Positions 42,723 through 57,000 of a stretch of DNA of 64,000 nt are shown one piece after another. A model generated the notes under the pieces. The model searched no databases, was not told the origin of the DNA, and saw nothing but the letters and a program-made list of their open reading frames with translations. How positions within the stretch are numbered: the stretch's first letter is position 1; every line of letters starts with the position of its first letter. Source of the stretch: Octopus sinensis (Eukaryota); assembly GCF_006345805.1 (NCBI RefSeq), contig NC_042997.1, positions 63,984,001-64,048,000 on the forward strand, given 5' to 3'. The position numbers and the translations under genes are program-made.

Positions 42723-43397
42723 CAAGACAAGAGTATCCATCATATATATATATATATATATGTGTGTGTTCAAAGTATGTATTTATATTTTTTTCCGAAT
42801 TTGTGTGAATGTTCAATTAGTGCTTTCATACATTCGTAGTAATCTTCAGATTTCAAGATGTATTTAACTGACAGTTGAGTTCTTGAAAGCTGTAGTACCT
42901 CTGAGAACACTCCCGCAAGCTGAATTTTTAGAAACAGCTTTGACTAATCCGCATGCAGCTTAAACCTCACGGTTTGCCGGGCGTACCTATATTACTGGCA
43001 TAGATCCCTCTAATTGAACTTTATGAACGTTACAAAATATTTTTAACAGTACAAAAGTGAAAAAAGTGAAAAACAGACCATGTTTAACTTTATACAACTG
43101 ATATATGTATATTGGATACTTAAAAATTACAAAAGCCATTCTTATTTAGTAAATTATATTTCAACATTAACGGTTGACTAGAGTCAGGCGAGGATTTTCA
43201 CCACGTAGAAATTACCAAAGCTATCCATATATTTTAATGCTGATCAAAGTAAGTTTTGTTTGAATATTCTCTTCACTAGACATTTAGAATAAACATATCG
43301 AAATATAAGGTAACGGGGTAAACGTTTATATTAATATTTATATTGTTCTCCCCAAGCACTGTTATAGGTGTCTTTTTAAAATACCTTTCTAAGTTTC

Positions 43398-43509
<112 letters not shown>

Positions 43510-45531
43510 CAGTAAATAATATGTACGTACATACTGGTTCGCTCTTGCTTTGAAAAATGGTTACTAATATTACAAGATGTTCAAAGAGACAGAAAAAAAC
43601 CCACGAAAGTAGATAGAGGATAGGGAAGCTGATGAAGAAATAAAAGTAAGTTCAGAATAAAATTGAGCAGAATAAAATTCATGTGTATGTAATATTTGCC
43701 AAAACATATCCATTGATTTTACAAATGGTTTTACAACAATATTGGAATTAAAGAAGAAGCGAATAAAATTGTTTATAAGAATAGGAATAGATAATCAAAG
43801 TGATAGTGATAGCCGAAGGAAGAGTGTGTTAATTGAAGAAAATAGTAAGAGGGAAAAGACAGACGCAACAAAAGTGTAACAACAGATGAAGGGTTTGCAA
43901 AATATTTCAAGAAACAAGCAAATGAATTTTGAAAATAAGCAATTACAGAAGCGAATTATTTGGGAAACAGAAATTTAAAGCGAATAGCAGCCAAAGATCT
44001 TGGGCAAAACATTTGAAATGACAGCAAATTAGCACGACACAGATAAGAAACTGACTAAATGTACAAATAGATAAGCAAAATAAAAGTGGCATCTATTCAC
44101 CATTTATAAACACGAAACTGAAATAAAAACAACTATATAAAGAGAGCAAAGGTATATTAATTTAATTTTGAGAATATCCAATTTTTTGAATTAGTTAAAG
44201 TCCAATGCTGATAGAGAAGTTATATAGTTCATGTCTTTCAAGGAGTGTATCACCGTAATTTACTTTATTAATTCTAGAGCGGTACAATTTTTAGGTGACA
44301 CGTTAAAAGATGTTTGGCTCTCTGCTCGATATAATGACAGCGACATTTAATGTGATAATTATTAGCTAAACGTTCCTTAAATCACACCCTATCGGCTTAT
44401 AAATGGGAATGATATAGTTTTAGAAAACAGAATTATAGAAACCAAGCAAGGAGAAAAGCTGGTTTTGTTTCAGCTGGACATCGTAAACATCAGCGGATGT
44501 CGAGGCTGCACTAATAGAAAAGTAGCACCAGAATCTATAATTCATGCACTACTTCATCTGTGTTAGATTAAATATTGAATACAGAGGACTTAAACAAAAT
44601 AGCAATATAACAAGTCAATGGGTAATCAGTGTCATAAATTATGTTTCCAAGCTTCATTTTCACTAACGAGAGTTTGTATAAACATCACGTACCTTGTAAA
44701 AACAGGTGGATGTTAATAGATATTTTATCACAGTTAAGTATTTTTATTGTTGTTATTTGATAATTTCTCATCTAAGACAACATAACTATGATGATTTATC
44801 ATCTCGCATGTGAAATATGAGATAAGATTGCTTTAATTTACTTGAACCCAAGCGTTCCTGAGGCATTGATAACCAGATAATACGATTGTTTTCCTTCAAA
44901 ATAGTATTCCATTAAATACTCTGGGAACAAACGGTTGGTCACGCCTTGCTGCATAAACACATAGATACATACATGCATGCATACATACATGCATACCTAC
45001 CTATCTACCCACCTACCTACCTACATACATACATGCATACACTCACATATATTTATAATAATGTACTAAGTATTTCGATATCTACACCTGAATGAATAAG
45101 GTTACATTATAATGCAGCCGAAGGTCATTCTTGAAAAGTACTCAAAGTATGTTATTAATAACATCTTCCTGACGATATCTCTACGATAAAGGTAGATATT
45201 CGTGGAACAGTATTCAGGCGAATAAATATGATAGGAAATTTAATGTTACAGTTTAAAATATCAACGTTGGGCATAATTCATAAACAAAGAAATTTCCATA
45301 GATACCTACAAACCTATTTTTGATAGTCTGTAGTAATACTTAATGAGATGCAATCTATTACTAAATATGTTATAGTTTTTGGTTAATTAGAAACACGTAG
45401 GAAAATCTCGGTATATTGTCTAATCTCTTACTATATATTTCACAATGCTCTCTTAAATTAATAAACCGAAAGCAATTCACTAAAAAGCAGAGGTGGATGT
45501 ATATATCTATATAACTATATCTATATTTATC

Positions 45532-45591
<60 letters not shown>

Positions 45592-45727
45592 CTTGTACAG
45601 CTGGAGAACATCTATAACCAAAATGTAAAAGCATATGAATATGTAGCAGGCAAAGAAGAAATTAAAGGATAAAAAGCAATATTTCATCTCCATTGTGTAT
45701 CTGTATGCCCTTGTGTAAAAGCACGGC

Positions 45728-45773
<46 letters not shown>

Positions 45774-45778
45774 ATATA

Positions 45779-45830
<52 letters not shown>

Positions 45831-45839
45831 ATACATATG

Positions 45840-45935
<96 letters not shown>

Positions 45936-47017
45936 TATATATATATAAAGAAAGGCTGCATACATAATAATAAAGGCTGAACATGTTTATATGTTTATAC
46001 CATCTCTGGAATCTCGCTGGAACTTGACATATCGGAAAGGTGAGCCTATATGAAAAACAAAAATATGCATATAAACCTACCAAGGCGATATAATGAATCG
46101 TATAAAATGCGTTAATCGATCTTTTAACAAACTACTTTTAGTGGATTTTGCCCCATTGCATACTAATGTAACATCAAGTATTGCTTTTAAAAACAATAAA
46201 GCAGAACAAAAAAGAAACCAAACCTTGCAATGTAAGTAAATATGCACATACGAAATTATTTCATATAAGCTTTTTATTGTATTTACTCTTTCTTTCAGTT
46301 ATCATAGATTTTGTTCATATTAATAGAACTTGAAGAATCAAAGGTTTAATACTAGGATTGCATGCACACATTAAACTGATATGTTTCACATAAATTTGCA
46401 TATTTTGTTTATAGGGCCTAGGATAGATATTTAAGTAGATTTGGTTTGGAATACTTTTGTGTTGTGTTCTATTCTGAGGGGAGCGTTTCGACTAAAATAT
46501 TGTAATCTAAAGAAATATTTGATGGTTGTATAAGTTAGCTATTTCTAATAGTGTTGTGCTGAGAATGAAGATGAGTTATGGAGAAAGATGAGCATATATA
46601 TCATGATTTAGCATAGTATATAGTAGTACACTATACGAGAAAAAAAAAAAAGAAAATACTCTGTTATTGATTAACATTGAAATAGTTAAAACCTTTGAAT
46701 TTTTGTTTATCTATTTGGAGCAAAGTGAAAGCAGAGGAATAACAGCAAACTGCTGCATAATATTAAGAGGATAATCGAATAAATAAATTAATATACAACA
46801 TTAAAATCTTGCACTCGGGAAACAACACATATAAGTTCATATATTGGTAGGTTAGCAGCTGTGAATCGTATATTGGATTTCCCTGCATAAAAACATGTGT
46901 GGTTGATACGATAATAGTTAGTGAATTGTTGTGGGTTATGCTATATGCACAGGAAGTCAAAATTATGTTTCTTTATATGGTCAAAACAAATTGTGTGCTT
47001 GAAAAGCTGTTGACCGA

Positions 47018-47887
47018 AAATAATTGAAATATGATACAAGGGTGACTCTCTTGTCCAGTCCTTTGTCGTCAATGATAAAACTACCAAACCACCACATAGC
47101 GAGGTGAATTCGATTCCAGTAAATTTGAACTAACTGGCTTGGTGAAGGCAAATGTTTTACACTCATCAGGAGAAATAGTTTCTGCTCAGTCCATTGAACA
47201 TCTGAAATTTCTCAGTAAGACAATGTTTGCAGTTATGAGTTATTCTGAAATATGGTGTATTTTGACTAACGATACTCCATGTTCACGAAGGTCTTTCACA
47301 ACTTTGGTCTCTGAGTTATTTATAACAACTTAATATTGATCTCGATATCGAGCAGTTATCATTTAGCTATTGCGATGGTCATAACTGGGTCGTGTAAATT
47401 TTATACTTTACTGTGAGTTGACAAATGATATATTTTAGGAAAGAAAAGCTGACTTTAAATTCGCGTACATTAAGAAACTTTACTGCAGTTATGCATTGAA
47501 GCTGGAATATAATCGTCTATACCCATTGTAATTCCAAGTTATGTATTAGTTTAATCCATATTATTCTTTATTTTTCAATTCGGTTTTAGAGTATATAGGT
47601 GGAATATCCTCTATTCAGCTAACTTCTTGATGTACCTACTAGTTAGGGCTTCGTTAAACATTTAAAAGGTGTCCACGAGCAGGGACGTTTCTTCTTAATT
47701 TTCCTACTCTCGGTTATCTTTTCTAGTGATATCTCTTGTTGCATTGGATATGGTTATTTCCAATACCCATAATTAAAGAAAACCTTTAATTATTCCCATT
47801 AAATCATTTCTAAATATGTGTAGGTGTGTGATTAGTAGTTAGGGTGTTGGATTCATGATTGTAAGATTGTGGTTTCGATTCCTGGAT
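47018..47887 (+). repeat. Source copy of an 870-bp dispersed duplication
   Basis: Identical as read to 52475-53688 once the 344-bp insertion 53061-53404 is removed. Confidence 0.93.
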
Positions 47888-47990
47888 CGGCCGACGCGTT
47901 GTGTTTCTGAGCGAAACACTTCATTTCACGTTGCTCCAGTTCACTCAACAAGTAAAAATGAGTAATCCTGCCACGCAGCTGGCGATAATG
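47821..47990 (+). mobile_element. Older family C SINE copy
   Basis: Aligns with 53073-53200 (catgat.gtaag.ttgtg.gtt.cgatt...gacgcgttgtgt...ttcacgttgctccagt). Confidence 0.75.
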
Positions 47991-48218
47991 AGTCGGTATG
48001 ACTCGAGAAGATAACTTTATCTTTCTAAATATAATTCACCTGTCTAAAAATGATAGCTCATGTTGCATAACAATGTTATTCCACATACCACTGACATGCG
48101 GATGTATTTGTAAACATGCACAAATACATATACATACATACGAACATATACACATATACCCATATTTAAATATTTGTCTTGTTTTTTCTTTATACATACA
48201 TATATATATATATATAAT

Positions 48219-48276
<58 letters not shown>

Positions 48277-48302
48277 GTATATCTATGTGCTTGCATATAT
48301 CT

Positions 48303-48533
48303 GTTTCTTTATTACCCACACAAGGGGCTAAACATAGAGGGGACAAACAAGGACAGACAAACGGATTAAGTCGATTACATCGACCCCAGGGCGTAACTGG
48401 TACCTAATTTATTGACTCCGAAAGGATGAAAGGCAAAGTCGACCTCGGCGGAATTTGAACTCGGAACGTAACGGAAGACGAAATACGGCTACGCATTTTG
48501 CCCGGCGTGCTAACGTCTCTGCCAGCTCCGGCG
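48303..48533 (-). mobile_element. SINE family A, full length
   Basis: Reverse complement aligns with 22230-22460. Confidence 0.92.
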
Positions 48534-48950
48534 TATATACGCATGTGTATGTGACATCATACACAGGCCATACAGCCAAAGACTCATACGAAGCAGGCGC
48601 ACGTATACATGACACGTTTATGATGGGGGTACACAATTTCATATGTCGAACACTATCACAATCAATATCTGATCATAACGTTTCATGTGTTTATTTTCTT
48701 ATTTCGGTCTCGCAAAAAATTTCCGTTCCACATTCCCGGGAGAATTAAGATAAGGTAATGATAGAAATCCATATAATTACCTCTTACAATTAATGGTGCA
48801 CAGTGAGAACATTTTTAGTCTCGACAGCACATAACTGCATTACAGAACAACTGTTTGAAATTTGTAACTTTTTCAGACAATCTGTCTGAATATAATCTGT
48901 TGACTTCCTTTTGTACAACGTAAATAAGCTATAAACTCGGTTATGTTTAT

Positions 48951-49180
48951 ATACGAGAGAGAGAGAGTGCAGAAAAGTTCCTGGCTTGAAGGCTATCGCG
49001 AAAGGTCAGTTTGGAAGCCGAACATTCCGAATCCTTTTACACGGCTTAGAAAAACTGAACGACCGCTGTAATAATTGTATGAATCTAAGGGGGGAATATG
49101 TTCAATAAAATCATAATCAACTGGTTCTCCTGTATTTTCTTTTCCTCAAAAGCCAGGAATAGTTCAGTTCCTCCTTGTAT
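48951..49180 (+). mobile_element. Non-autonomous mariner MITE
   Basis: Imperfect TIRs (tacgag...gaaaagttcctggctt / aagccaggaatagttcagttcctccttgta) and a residual C-terminus GLEKLNDRCNNCMNLRGEYVQ*. Confidence 0.7.
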
Positions 49181-49524
49181 ATGTTTTACTGACACATACA
49201 CATATTGTACCACACACAAAATTCTCAGAAACCAAACACCTTCATTATTCTCTTTAAGTATTGATAAACTAGCTTATATTCTCTGATGTTTAATACATCG
49301 CCCGATGAAAAACCGTGAATATGGTGCTTTTAATTGAGTCCACTCATCTAGCATTCAGGTCAGTTATTCAATCTGAAGATGTATTTATTTGTTGCTCCAA
49401 CCAGTTTCGTTGGAGATAAAGAGGTCGTGGACACTATCGTCGTTTTTCTGACAAACTCAAAAAAGAGAAAGAGTTTGAATTACAGAGATACTCAGGCTTG
49501 CAAATGTACATGTTATCGATATAC

Positions 49525-49955
49525 AGGCGCATACGTGATTGTGTGGTGAGTAGCTTGACTCTTTACCACAAGTCCCTGGTTCAGTTGCACAACATGGTAC
49601 TTAGGGCAAGTGTCTTCTACTAAAGCCTACGGCTGACCAAAGCCTTGTGAGTGGATTTGGTAGATGGAAACTGAAAGAAACCCGTCGAATACTTGTGCAT
49701 ATATGCGTGAGTGTGTGTGCATGTGTGTGTATGCGCTTATGTGTATGATTGTGTGTGTCTTTGTGTATGTCTTTGTCCCCCACAACTTAGTGTGTTTACG
49801 TCCCCGTAACTTCGCGTTTCGGCAAAACAGACCGATATAATAAGTAGCAGGCTTTTAAAAAATAAGCACTGGGTTCCATTTATTTGGTTAAAATTTCTTC
49901 AATTCGGTGTCCCAGCTTCACTGCAGTCTAATGACTGAAGCTACTAGAAGATAAC
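49525..49955 (+). mobile_element. tRNA-derived SINE family B, near full length
   Basis: Head with ggttcag, core gggcaagtgtcttctac...ggatttggtagatggaaactgaaagaa, internal (GT)n and tail aatgactgaa. Confidence 0.85.
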
Positions 49956-50174
49956 ACACAGGAAATTTGATCAGTAAACAGAATGTTGAAAAGTTTCTGA
50001 AATTTAGTATGTAAATATTCATTGTCGTTGTTAGTGGTATTGTTTCGGTAGATCACAGTTCAGTGACGAAGATTTGTTTCGTTGAGTGAAACTAGCCAAG
50101 CCGTGTATAAACATCGCAAAGAATCGTGAAGAGAATTAGAGAACGATAAATATAAACACACACAATTACACATA

Positions 50175-50400
50175 CATATGATGGAGAGCTGAAAAGTTAT
50201 TGACTTTAAGGACATCGCGAAAGGGCTGGTTGGATGCCAAACCTCTCCGAGTTCTTTTACAGGGTTAAGAAAAACTGAGGGACCGCTGCAATAATTGTGG
50301 GAATCTAAGAGGGGAATTTGTTGAATAAGCTCATAATTAGCTGACTCTTTTGTATTTTCTTTTACCCAAATCCAGGAACTTTTCAGCAACCCATTACATA
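50175..50400 (+). mobile_element. Second, diverged copy of the same mariner MITE
   Basis: Aligns along its length with 48951-49180 (gaaaagtt...atcgcgaaagg...agaaaaactga...gaccgctg.aataattgt...aatctaag.gggga...ccaggaact). Confidence 0.7.
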
Positions 50401-51574
50401 CTCAAACATATATACACACATACATGTACATAGTCACACACATACGCACATATAGATAAATAGATAGACAGATAGATGATAGATAGATATGTAGAGAGGT
50501 AGATAGATATATGCATAGAGTTAATATTCAAAATGCATACGAACACATTTAAAAACAATTTCGGCTAATGTGCACTTAACAATTTGACACATATAAAAAA
50601 CTGTAAAGCATGTATACGCTTATTCATACTTAGCACTTATAGAGATAACGCTGGGTTCGTTCATAATTTATAACCGAATTTTAAAAAAATATCTACAAAA
50701 ATTGCTAGAAAGTATATAAAAACGCTCGGAAGCCATTTTTTCAATTCCATTTTCGCGAAAAAAGGATCGGCATGAAACACACGCATACACACGCACATAC
50801 ACATATATAGACACACATATATTTAAAAATATATATGTATATATGTATATGTATGTATATAAATATATACATATATATATAGTGAGAATTTACAAAAAAA
50901 AAGACGAAGACTAATGTGTAAACAATATATATACATGCACTGTCTAGTTATATGTGGCCTATGAGCATGTTTGTGTATAAGTGCCTACGTGATCTACACA
51001 ATAGTTCTAAATATTTCATGAAGTATTCTAGTGTCAAATGTGTAAATTTCAATTTCATGTTACATGTATATGACACAAGACAGCGGCTTGTTTTAAATAC
51101 CGAATTCATCACGATGTTGTCGCTATACATTAAAACTTCATGTTGCTGCTTCCTTCCTTTCCCCGTTCATTCTTTCGTTCCTTCTTTCCTTCATGCATCA
51201 CTTTATTGAGAAAACATGTATTATGAGATGTAAATACCTAGTATAACATGAATAAGTTTTAGAGGGGAAAATCTTTTCTCTGCACTGTCTTATCTCTTTT
51301 CTTTTGTTCTCCCCCTATTCCTTGACCACACTTCTTCTTCTGCTCCTCCTCCTCCTCCTCCTCCTCGTGCTTCTTCTTCTTCTTCTTCTTCTTCTTCTTC
51401 TTCTTCTTCTTCTTCTTCTTCTTCTTCTTCTTCTTCTTCTTCTTCTTCTTCTACCTTTCTCACCTACACGGAAATTCACATTCAACTACACTATTTCTCT
51501 GTAATTCTGACTTAAGTAACCTAATAATAATTCAAGTATTTTCTTCAAAGATATTTCCACTGAATAAGAAATAA

Positions 51575-52170
51575 TACAGTATGAGTGACGCAGAATAATC
51601 AACGTGCGGAAGATCAACGGCATGGATTGGAAGTCATCTGAATATTGAAAAAGAGTTAACACTTTCATATTAATTCCCGCCGAGCATTAAAATGCAAACA
51701 ATATGACCTCTGCTCACTGCTCTGTGAATAATGTAAAAGCTGTAAAACGTGACAGGGACAACTGCAACGGAGACTACGAAGGCGAGTCCGCGATGAAGTG
51801 GCATAGCAAGAGTCCTCACTGCTTTTCCACTCTGAAAAGGGCCATAGTCTCACTTCTGATGTCAATGTGAAGCTGTTGGGGACTGTGGCAAAACCCTCGT
51901 TGGAAAGAGTACCAACTGGAAGGCCATATTTATGGCAGCAAGATTCGGCATTGTGCCATTCATCCTGAATGAGTTAAGCCCGTTGTCGGAGACTTTCTAC
52001 AAGTTCACCAGCGCAGGTGAGAGAGACACTGCTTTTCCTACAGCACCAAGGTCGAGTTCAAGGATGTGTTCGATGATCTTCCCCTGGACACAGTGAGGAA
52101 CACATGCGCCCAGTTTTGGAGCCATCTTGAAACCGTTGTGGACGTTGAAGCCGGCTACACTGAGTAAGAT
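51575..52170 (+). mobile_element. Internally deleted Tc1/mariner-superfamily transposase remnant
   Basis: Reads HSEKGHSLTSDVNVKLLGTVAKPSLERVPTGRPYLWQQDSALCHSS and KDVFDDLPLDTVRNTCAQFWSHLETVVDVEAGYTE*. Possible TA|CAGT 5' end at 51575. Confidence 0.85.
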
Positions 52171-52474
52171 ATTATATTTCACCGACGAACGTATTTGCAT
52201 TTAACTTCTGGAGATGAAAGGAAAAGGACAATCATTTATGTGTTTAACAAAAATCACTTCACTGATTTGGCTCAGAATTCATGGAGCTATTTAAAATATG
52301 GGATAACCCCATTAGTGTTCTCTATGAAAATGTAGTTAGCACAACTAAAAATTCGAATGAAGTCGAACAACTGAGACAAACATTTTTTTAAAATGTTTCC
52401 AAATGTTTTTTGGGAGCACTAAAACAAAAACGAGGATCGTGGTAAAAGAAAAGGCAATACCAGTTGTTAGGTTC

Positions 52475-54014
52475 AAATAATTGAAATATGATACAAGGGT
52501 GACTCTCTTGTCCAGTCCTTTGTCGTCAATGATAAAACTACCAAACCACCACATAGCGAGGTGAATTCGATTCCAGTAAATTTGAACTAACTGGCTTGGT
52601 GAAGGCAAATGTTTTACACTCATCAGGAGAAATAGTTTCTGCTCAGTCCATTGAACATCTGAAATTTCTCAGTAAGACAATGTTTGCAGTTATGAGTTAT
52701 TCTGAAATATGGTGTATTTTGACTAACGATACTCCATGTTCACGAAGGTCTTTCACAACTTTGGTCTCTGAGTTATTTATAACAACTTAATATTGATCTC
52801 GATATCGAGCAGTTATCATTTAGCTATTGCGATGGTCATAACTGGGTCGTGTAAATTTTATACTTTACTGTGAGTTGACAAATGATATATTTTAGGAAAG
52901 AAAAGCTGACTTTAAATTCGCGTACATTAAGAAACTTTACTGCAGTTATGCATTGAAGCTGGAATATAATCGTCTATACCCATTGTAATTCCAAGTTATG
53001 TATTAGTTTAATCCATATTATTCTTTATTTTTCAATTCGGTTTTAGAGTATATAGGTGGAGTATATAGGTGAGGGCGCGTGGCTTAGTGGTTAGGGCATT
53101 CGGCTCATGATCGTAAGGTTGTGAGTTCGATTCCCGGCGACGCGTTGTGTCCTTGAGCAAGACACTTTATTTCACGTTGCTCCAGTCCACTCAGCTGGCA
53201 AAAATGAGTTGTACTTGTATTTCAAAGGGTCAGCCTTGTCACTCTCTGTGTCACGCTGATTATCCCCGAGAACTACGTTAAGGGTACACGTGTCTGTGGA
53301 ATGCTCAGCCATTTGCACGTTAATTTCACGAGCAAGCTGTTCCGTTGATCGTATCAGCTGGGACCCTCGTCGTCGTAACCGGCGGAGTCTTTAATATAGG
53401 TGGAATATCCTCTATTCAGCTAACTTCTTGATGTACCTACTAGTTAGGGCTTCGTTAAACATTTAAAAGGTGTCCACGAGCAGGGACGTTTCTTCTTAAT
53501 TTTCCTACTCTCGGTTATCTTTTCTAGTGATATCTCTTGTTGCATTGGATATGGTTATTTCCAATACCCATAATTAAAGAAAACCTTTAATTATTCCCAT
53601 TAAATCATTTCTAAATATGTGTAGGTGTGTGATTAGTAGTTAGGGTGTTGGATTCATGATTGTAAGATTGTGGTTTCGATTCCTGGATTAATTGAGAGAG
53701 TAAAACAAAGAGTGCGTGCAGACTTATTAACTGGATTAAATGACTATTTAGTCGAACACAATTATTCATTACCAAGCCCAAAAGAAGTGTTCTCAAAACT
53801 AAATGGAGGAAACATTTTCTCGAACCTAGACCTCTCAAAGGCCTGCCTACAGAAAGTCGAATTATTACATGCACTTTTAGGCTTGGTAAACTACTATCAA
53901 ATATATATACTGAACATACACAAGGGCTCCATTAAACGCTCTGTTAAAAAAGGATGGAAAATGGTTTTGATTAGAAAAATGCCAGAATGCATTTGAGGAA
54001 CTAAAATACATGTT
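52475..54014 (+). repeat. Composite insertion of three locally templated segments
   Basis: 52475-53688 = 47018-47887 plus a SINE; 53694-53853 = 54101-54260; 53851-54014 = 54628-54791. Confidence 0.92.
53073..53393 (+). mobile_element. Young tRNA-derived SINE family C (CORE-like central domain)
   Basis: A box tggcttagtggtta, B box gagttcgattccc and core gttgtgtccttgagcaagacactttatttcac. Flanked by atataggtg(g)a repeats and absent from the paralogous site near 47600. Confidence 0.9.
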
Positions 54015-57000
54015 TGCAGCGTTGGACCAGGTCAATAAGAGCTTGAAAGACTAGACAGTCTAGTTATGATTGGAAAAGTCGACCATTCAGACTGGGCAGA
54101 GAGAGAGTAAAACAAAGAGTGCGTGCAGACTTATTAACTGGATTAAATGACTATTTAGTCGAACACAATTATTCATTACCAAGCCCAAAAGAAGTGTTCT
54201 CAAAACTAAATGGAGGAAACATTTTCTCGAACCTAGACCTCTCAAAGGCCTGCCTACAGATAGAGGAAGGCTGTGAAAACTTTTTAACAATCAACACATA
54301 CCGAGGATTGTATAAATTCAAGCGGCTTCCTTTTTGAATAAAAGTGGAGCCTACCATATTCAAACAAGTGATGGACGCAATGTTAAATGATTGCGACTTG
54401 GCTTTCGTTTATCTTGAAGATACTTTGATAAGGTGTGAGTCAGTGAGAAACACTTCGAAACTATTAAAATAGCATACAGAAAAATAATTGAATACAGGTT
54501 TTGTGCAACAGAGGAAAAGAATTAATTTTTGATGGAAAAATCAAATATTTTACTCAGGTAATTGACGATAGGGGACGAAGGCCAAACCCATCAAGGAGGA
54601 CAGCAATACGGGATGTGCCTCCCACAAAGAAAGTCGAATTATTACATGCACTTTTAGGCTTGGTAAACTACTATCAAATATATATACTGAACATACACAA
54701 GGGCTCCATTAAACGCTCTGTTAAAAAAGGATGGAAAATGGTTTTGATTAGAAAAATGCCAGAATGCATTTGAGGAACTAAAATACATGTTAACTTCAGA
54801 CTTGTCGCTTACACTTGTCGATCCGAAGTTAGAAAAGACACTGGCAACATATGCTAGTGAGTACGGGATAGGTGACCTACTCCTGCACAAATGAGAAGAT
54901 GGCAGCCAAAAGGCCATAGCTCACGCGTCAAGGACGCTACTGCCAGCGGACAAAAATTATAGCCAGCTTGAAAAAGAGGCATTGCTTTATACATGGTAAT
55001 CGATTCAGGTTACAAACAGACTATCGTCCGTTGCTAATAATTTATGGCTCCAAGAAAAAAAATCCCAGTACATACAGCAAACAGATTGCAGCGATGGAGC
55101 ACCATACTACTAAACTAGGACTACTCTATGGAATATTTATCTTCTAAAAATTTAGGGCATACTGACAGCCTATCCAGGTTAAAACCCAGAAATGGCGAAC
55201 CATTCAAGGACAGAGTAATAGCAGCGCTAAGAGCCGAAGGAGAAATTAAATACATAATGTAGAACATTGTACGAGAGTTACCAATAACTCCGGAGGGGAT
55301 AAAGCGACACGCGTCAAAAGAAAAGCTCATTAATGAAAAAATAAAAAAAACCTCTGTGGTCAGCTAAAGAAAGGCACTTGCTCATCCTTCTCTCCATTGG
55401 AATATAATTTCAATAAATTGCAAATTCATCTTGTATGATATGTAAGATTCTTTAATTCTTCTTTATATTTTCATATCAATATCTCTGGCCAACTGTCTGT
55501 TGTATCTCTTAGCTCCACAATTATAATGCTGATGTGTATAGAATTAAAGGACCTACCGATGCATTTTTCACAGTAGACCTTATGAAATGATACCAGTATT
55601 ATGAACATATGTAATTGCTTTAACATTATAATAAATAATGAGTCCACAGCCTGTAGCAAAATAATATAAAATCCAAAGAGCAACTTTACCAAAGACAGAT
55701 CTACAAGTAGGTCTTGTAACGTATTTGAAATAATCGCTATATACCCTACTCAAATCTCCTACTATCAAAAAACCGAAGGATTCGGTGAATGAGGCTTCTG
55801 AATATTATCACTGAAAAATTGAGACATAGGACGAACTGGTGCTTACCTCTAGTTCAATGATACAAGCAAATTCTATAAGGTATTTCTATAAACCTATAAG
55901 GTATATTCATGTTATAGCTTCTACTGTTTCCATATAATTATATAACAAATATACTGACATTCAGCGAGAAACTAGAGTACTGGTATCTGTTTTGTTAAGT
56001 AGCAAATCCCCGAAGTGGTAAGTGTTCTTGAGGCAAGGCAAATACATTATGAAGAACCTCAAAACTTGTAGCAAAACAACCGATCGAAACAGATTATATA
56101 TGATTGTAAGCTGAATTTTTTATGCTCCTTCTTCAATCATACATAGTGCGTATGCCTACTTTATTTGCATATAGTTTTGCTGATACGCATTGAAACTATA
56201 CAAACAGTAAAGTAAAATATTTTTGTAACTGTAATTTGTAACCCAATGGCATTGATCTTTGTTTAGTGGACTCAGTTCAGTTAAAGGTACGATTTCCGAT
56301 CTGTAAATTCACATTTCAAATTCTGTGTAAATATATTTTTAAAATCACATATCAAACTGTCGTAAGGCATCATCCATAGTTTATGTACAATATATTTTAA
56401 CTCTATATGATTTAAATGAGAAATGAATGTAGAAAAAATTGTTAAGATAATAACAGTTATAAAATAATGAAATCACTTACATTTAAAACCTCGGTATTCT
56501 GTTTGCAAGATCTGATTATTTGGTGTATTTAACTACTACAGCGAAAGCAATTTAGGCTATGGATATTTTTATGCGAATTTATTAAAAGAGCTTAACCGAA
56601 ATCGAAAATATCACAGTTTTCTTTTAATTGAATCAGCTGGACAAACATTAATATATTTTTATATATCTAACATTTATTTTTATTTTTGGATACTAAATAT
56701 TTTAAGTAAATATCCATATAAAATTGCTATTATTAATCTGATGTTCATTATTCAGTGACACCGTCATTACTCAATGACATAATTGTCGGGATCAAGATTC
56801 ACGACTTCTCTTTTTAACCCCCTATTTCACTCTTTCTCTGTCTCTCTGCATCTCTCAGAAACACAACTTTGAATAGTGCAGTATATCCTCGTTCATATGA
56901 GTTTGAAGAACGCAGTCGTCTTCTATCTCTAGATTTTGTATGAAATGTGGGGAATTTTTAATGTCGGAATATAAAAGCATATCTGCTGACAATAATGTCG

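Larger units (their letters stand above)
52200..55370 (+). mobile_element. Decayed Ty3/Gypsy pol (protease end, RT, RNase H), interrupted by a composite insertion
   Basis: Peptides: FKIWDNPISVLYENV; TKTKTRIVVKEKAIPVVRFK // FAALDQVNK.LERLDSLVMIGKVDHSDWA; LPSPKEVFSKLNGGNIFSNLDLSKACLQ; LYKFKRLPF; IAHASRTLLPADKNYSQLEKEALL; RLQRWSTILLN. Multiple stops and frameshifts; no LTRs identified. Confidence 0.92.

Noticed and set aside
55843-55875. Minus-strand GTAAGC donor near 55846
   Set aside because: The nearest candidate exon is 26 nt, not frame-preserving, and contains TAG.
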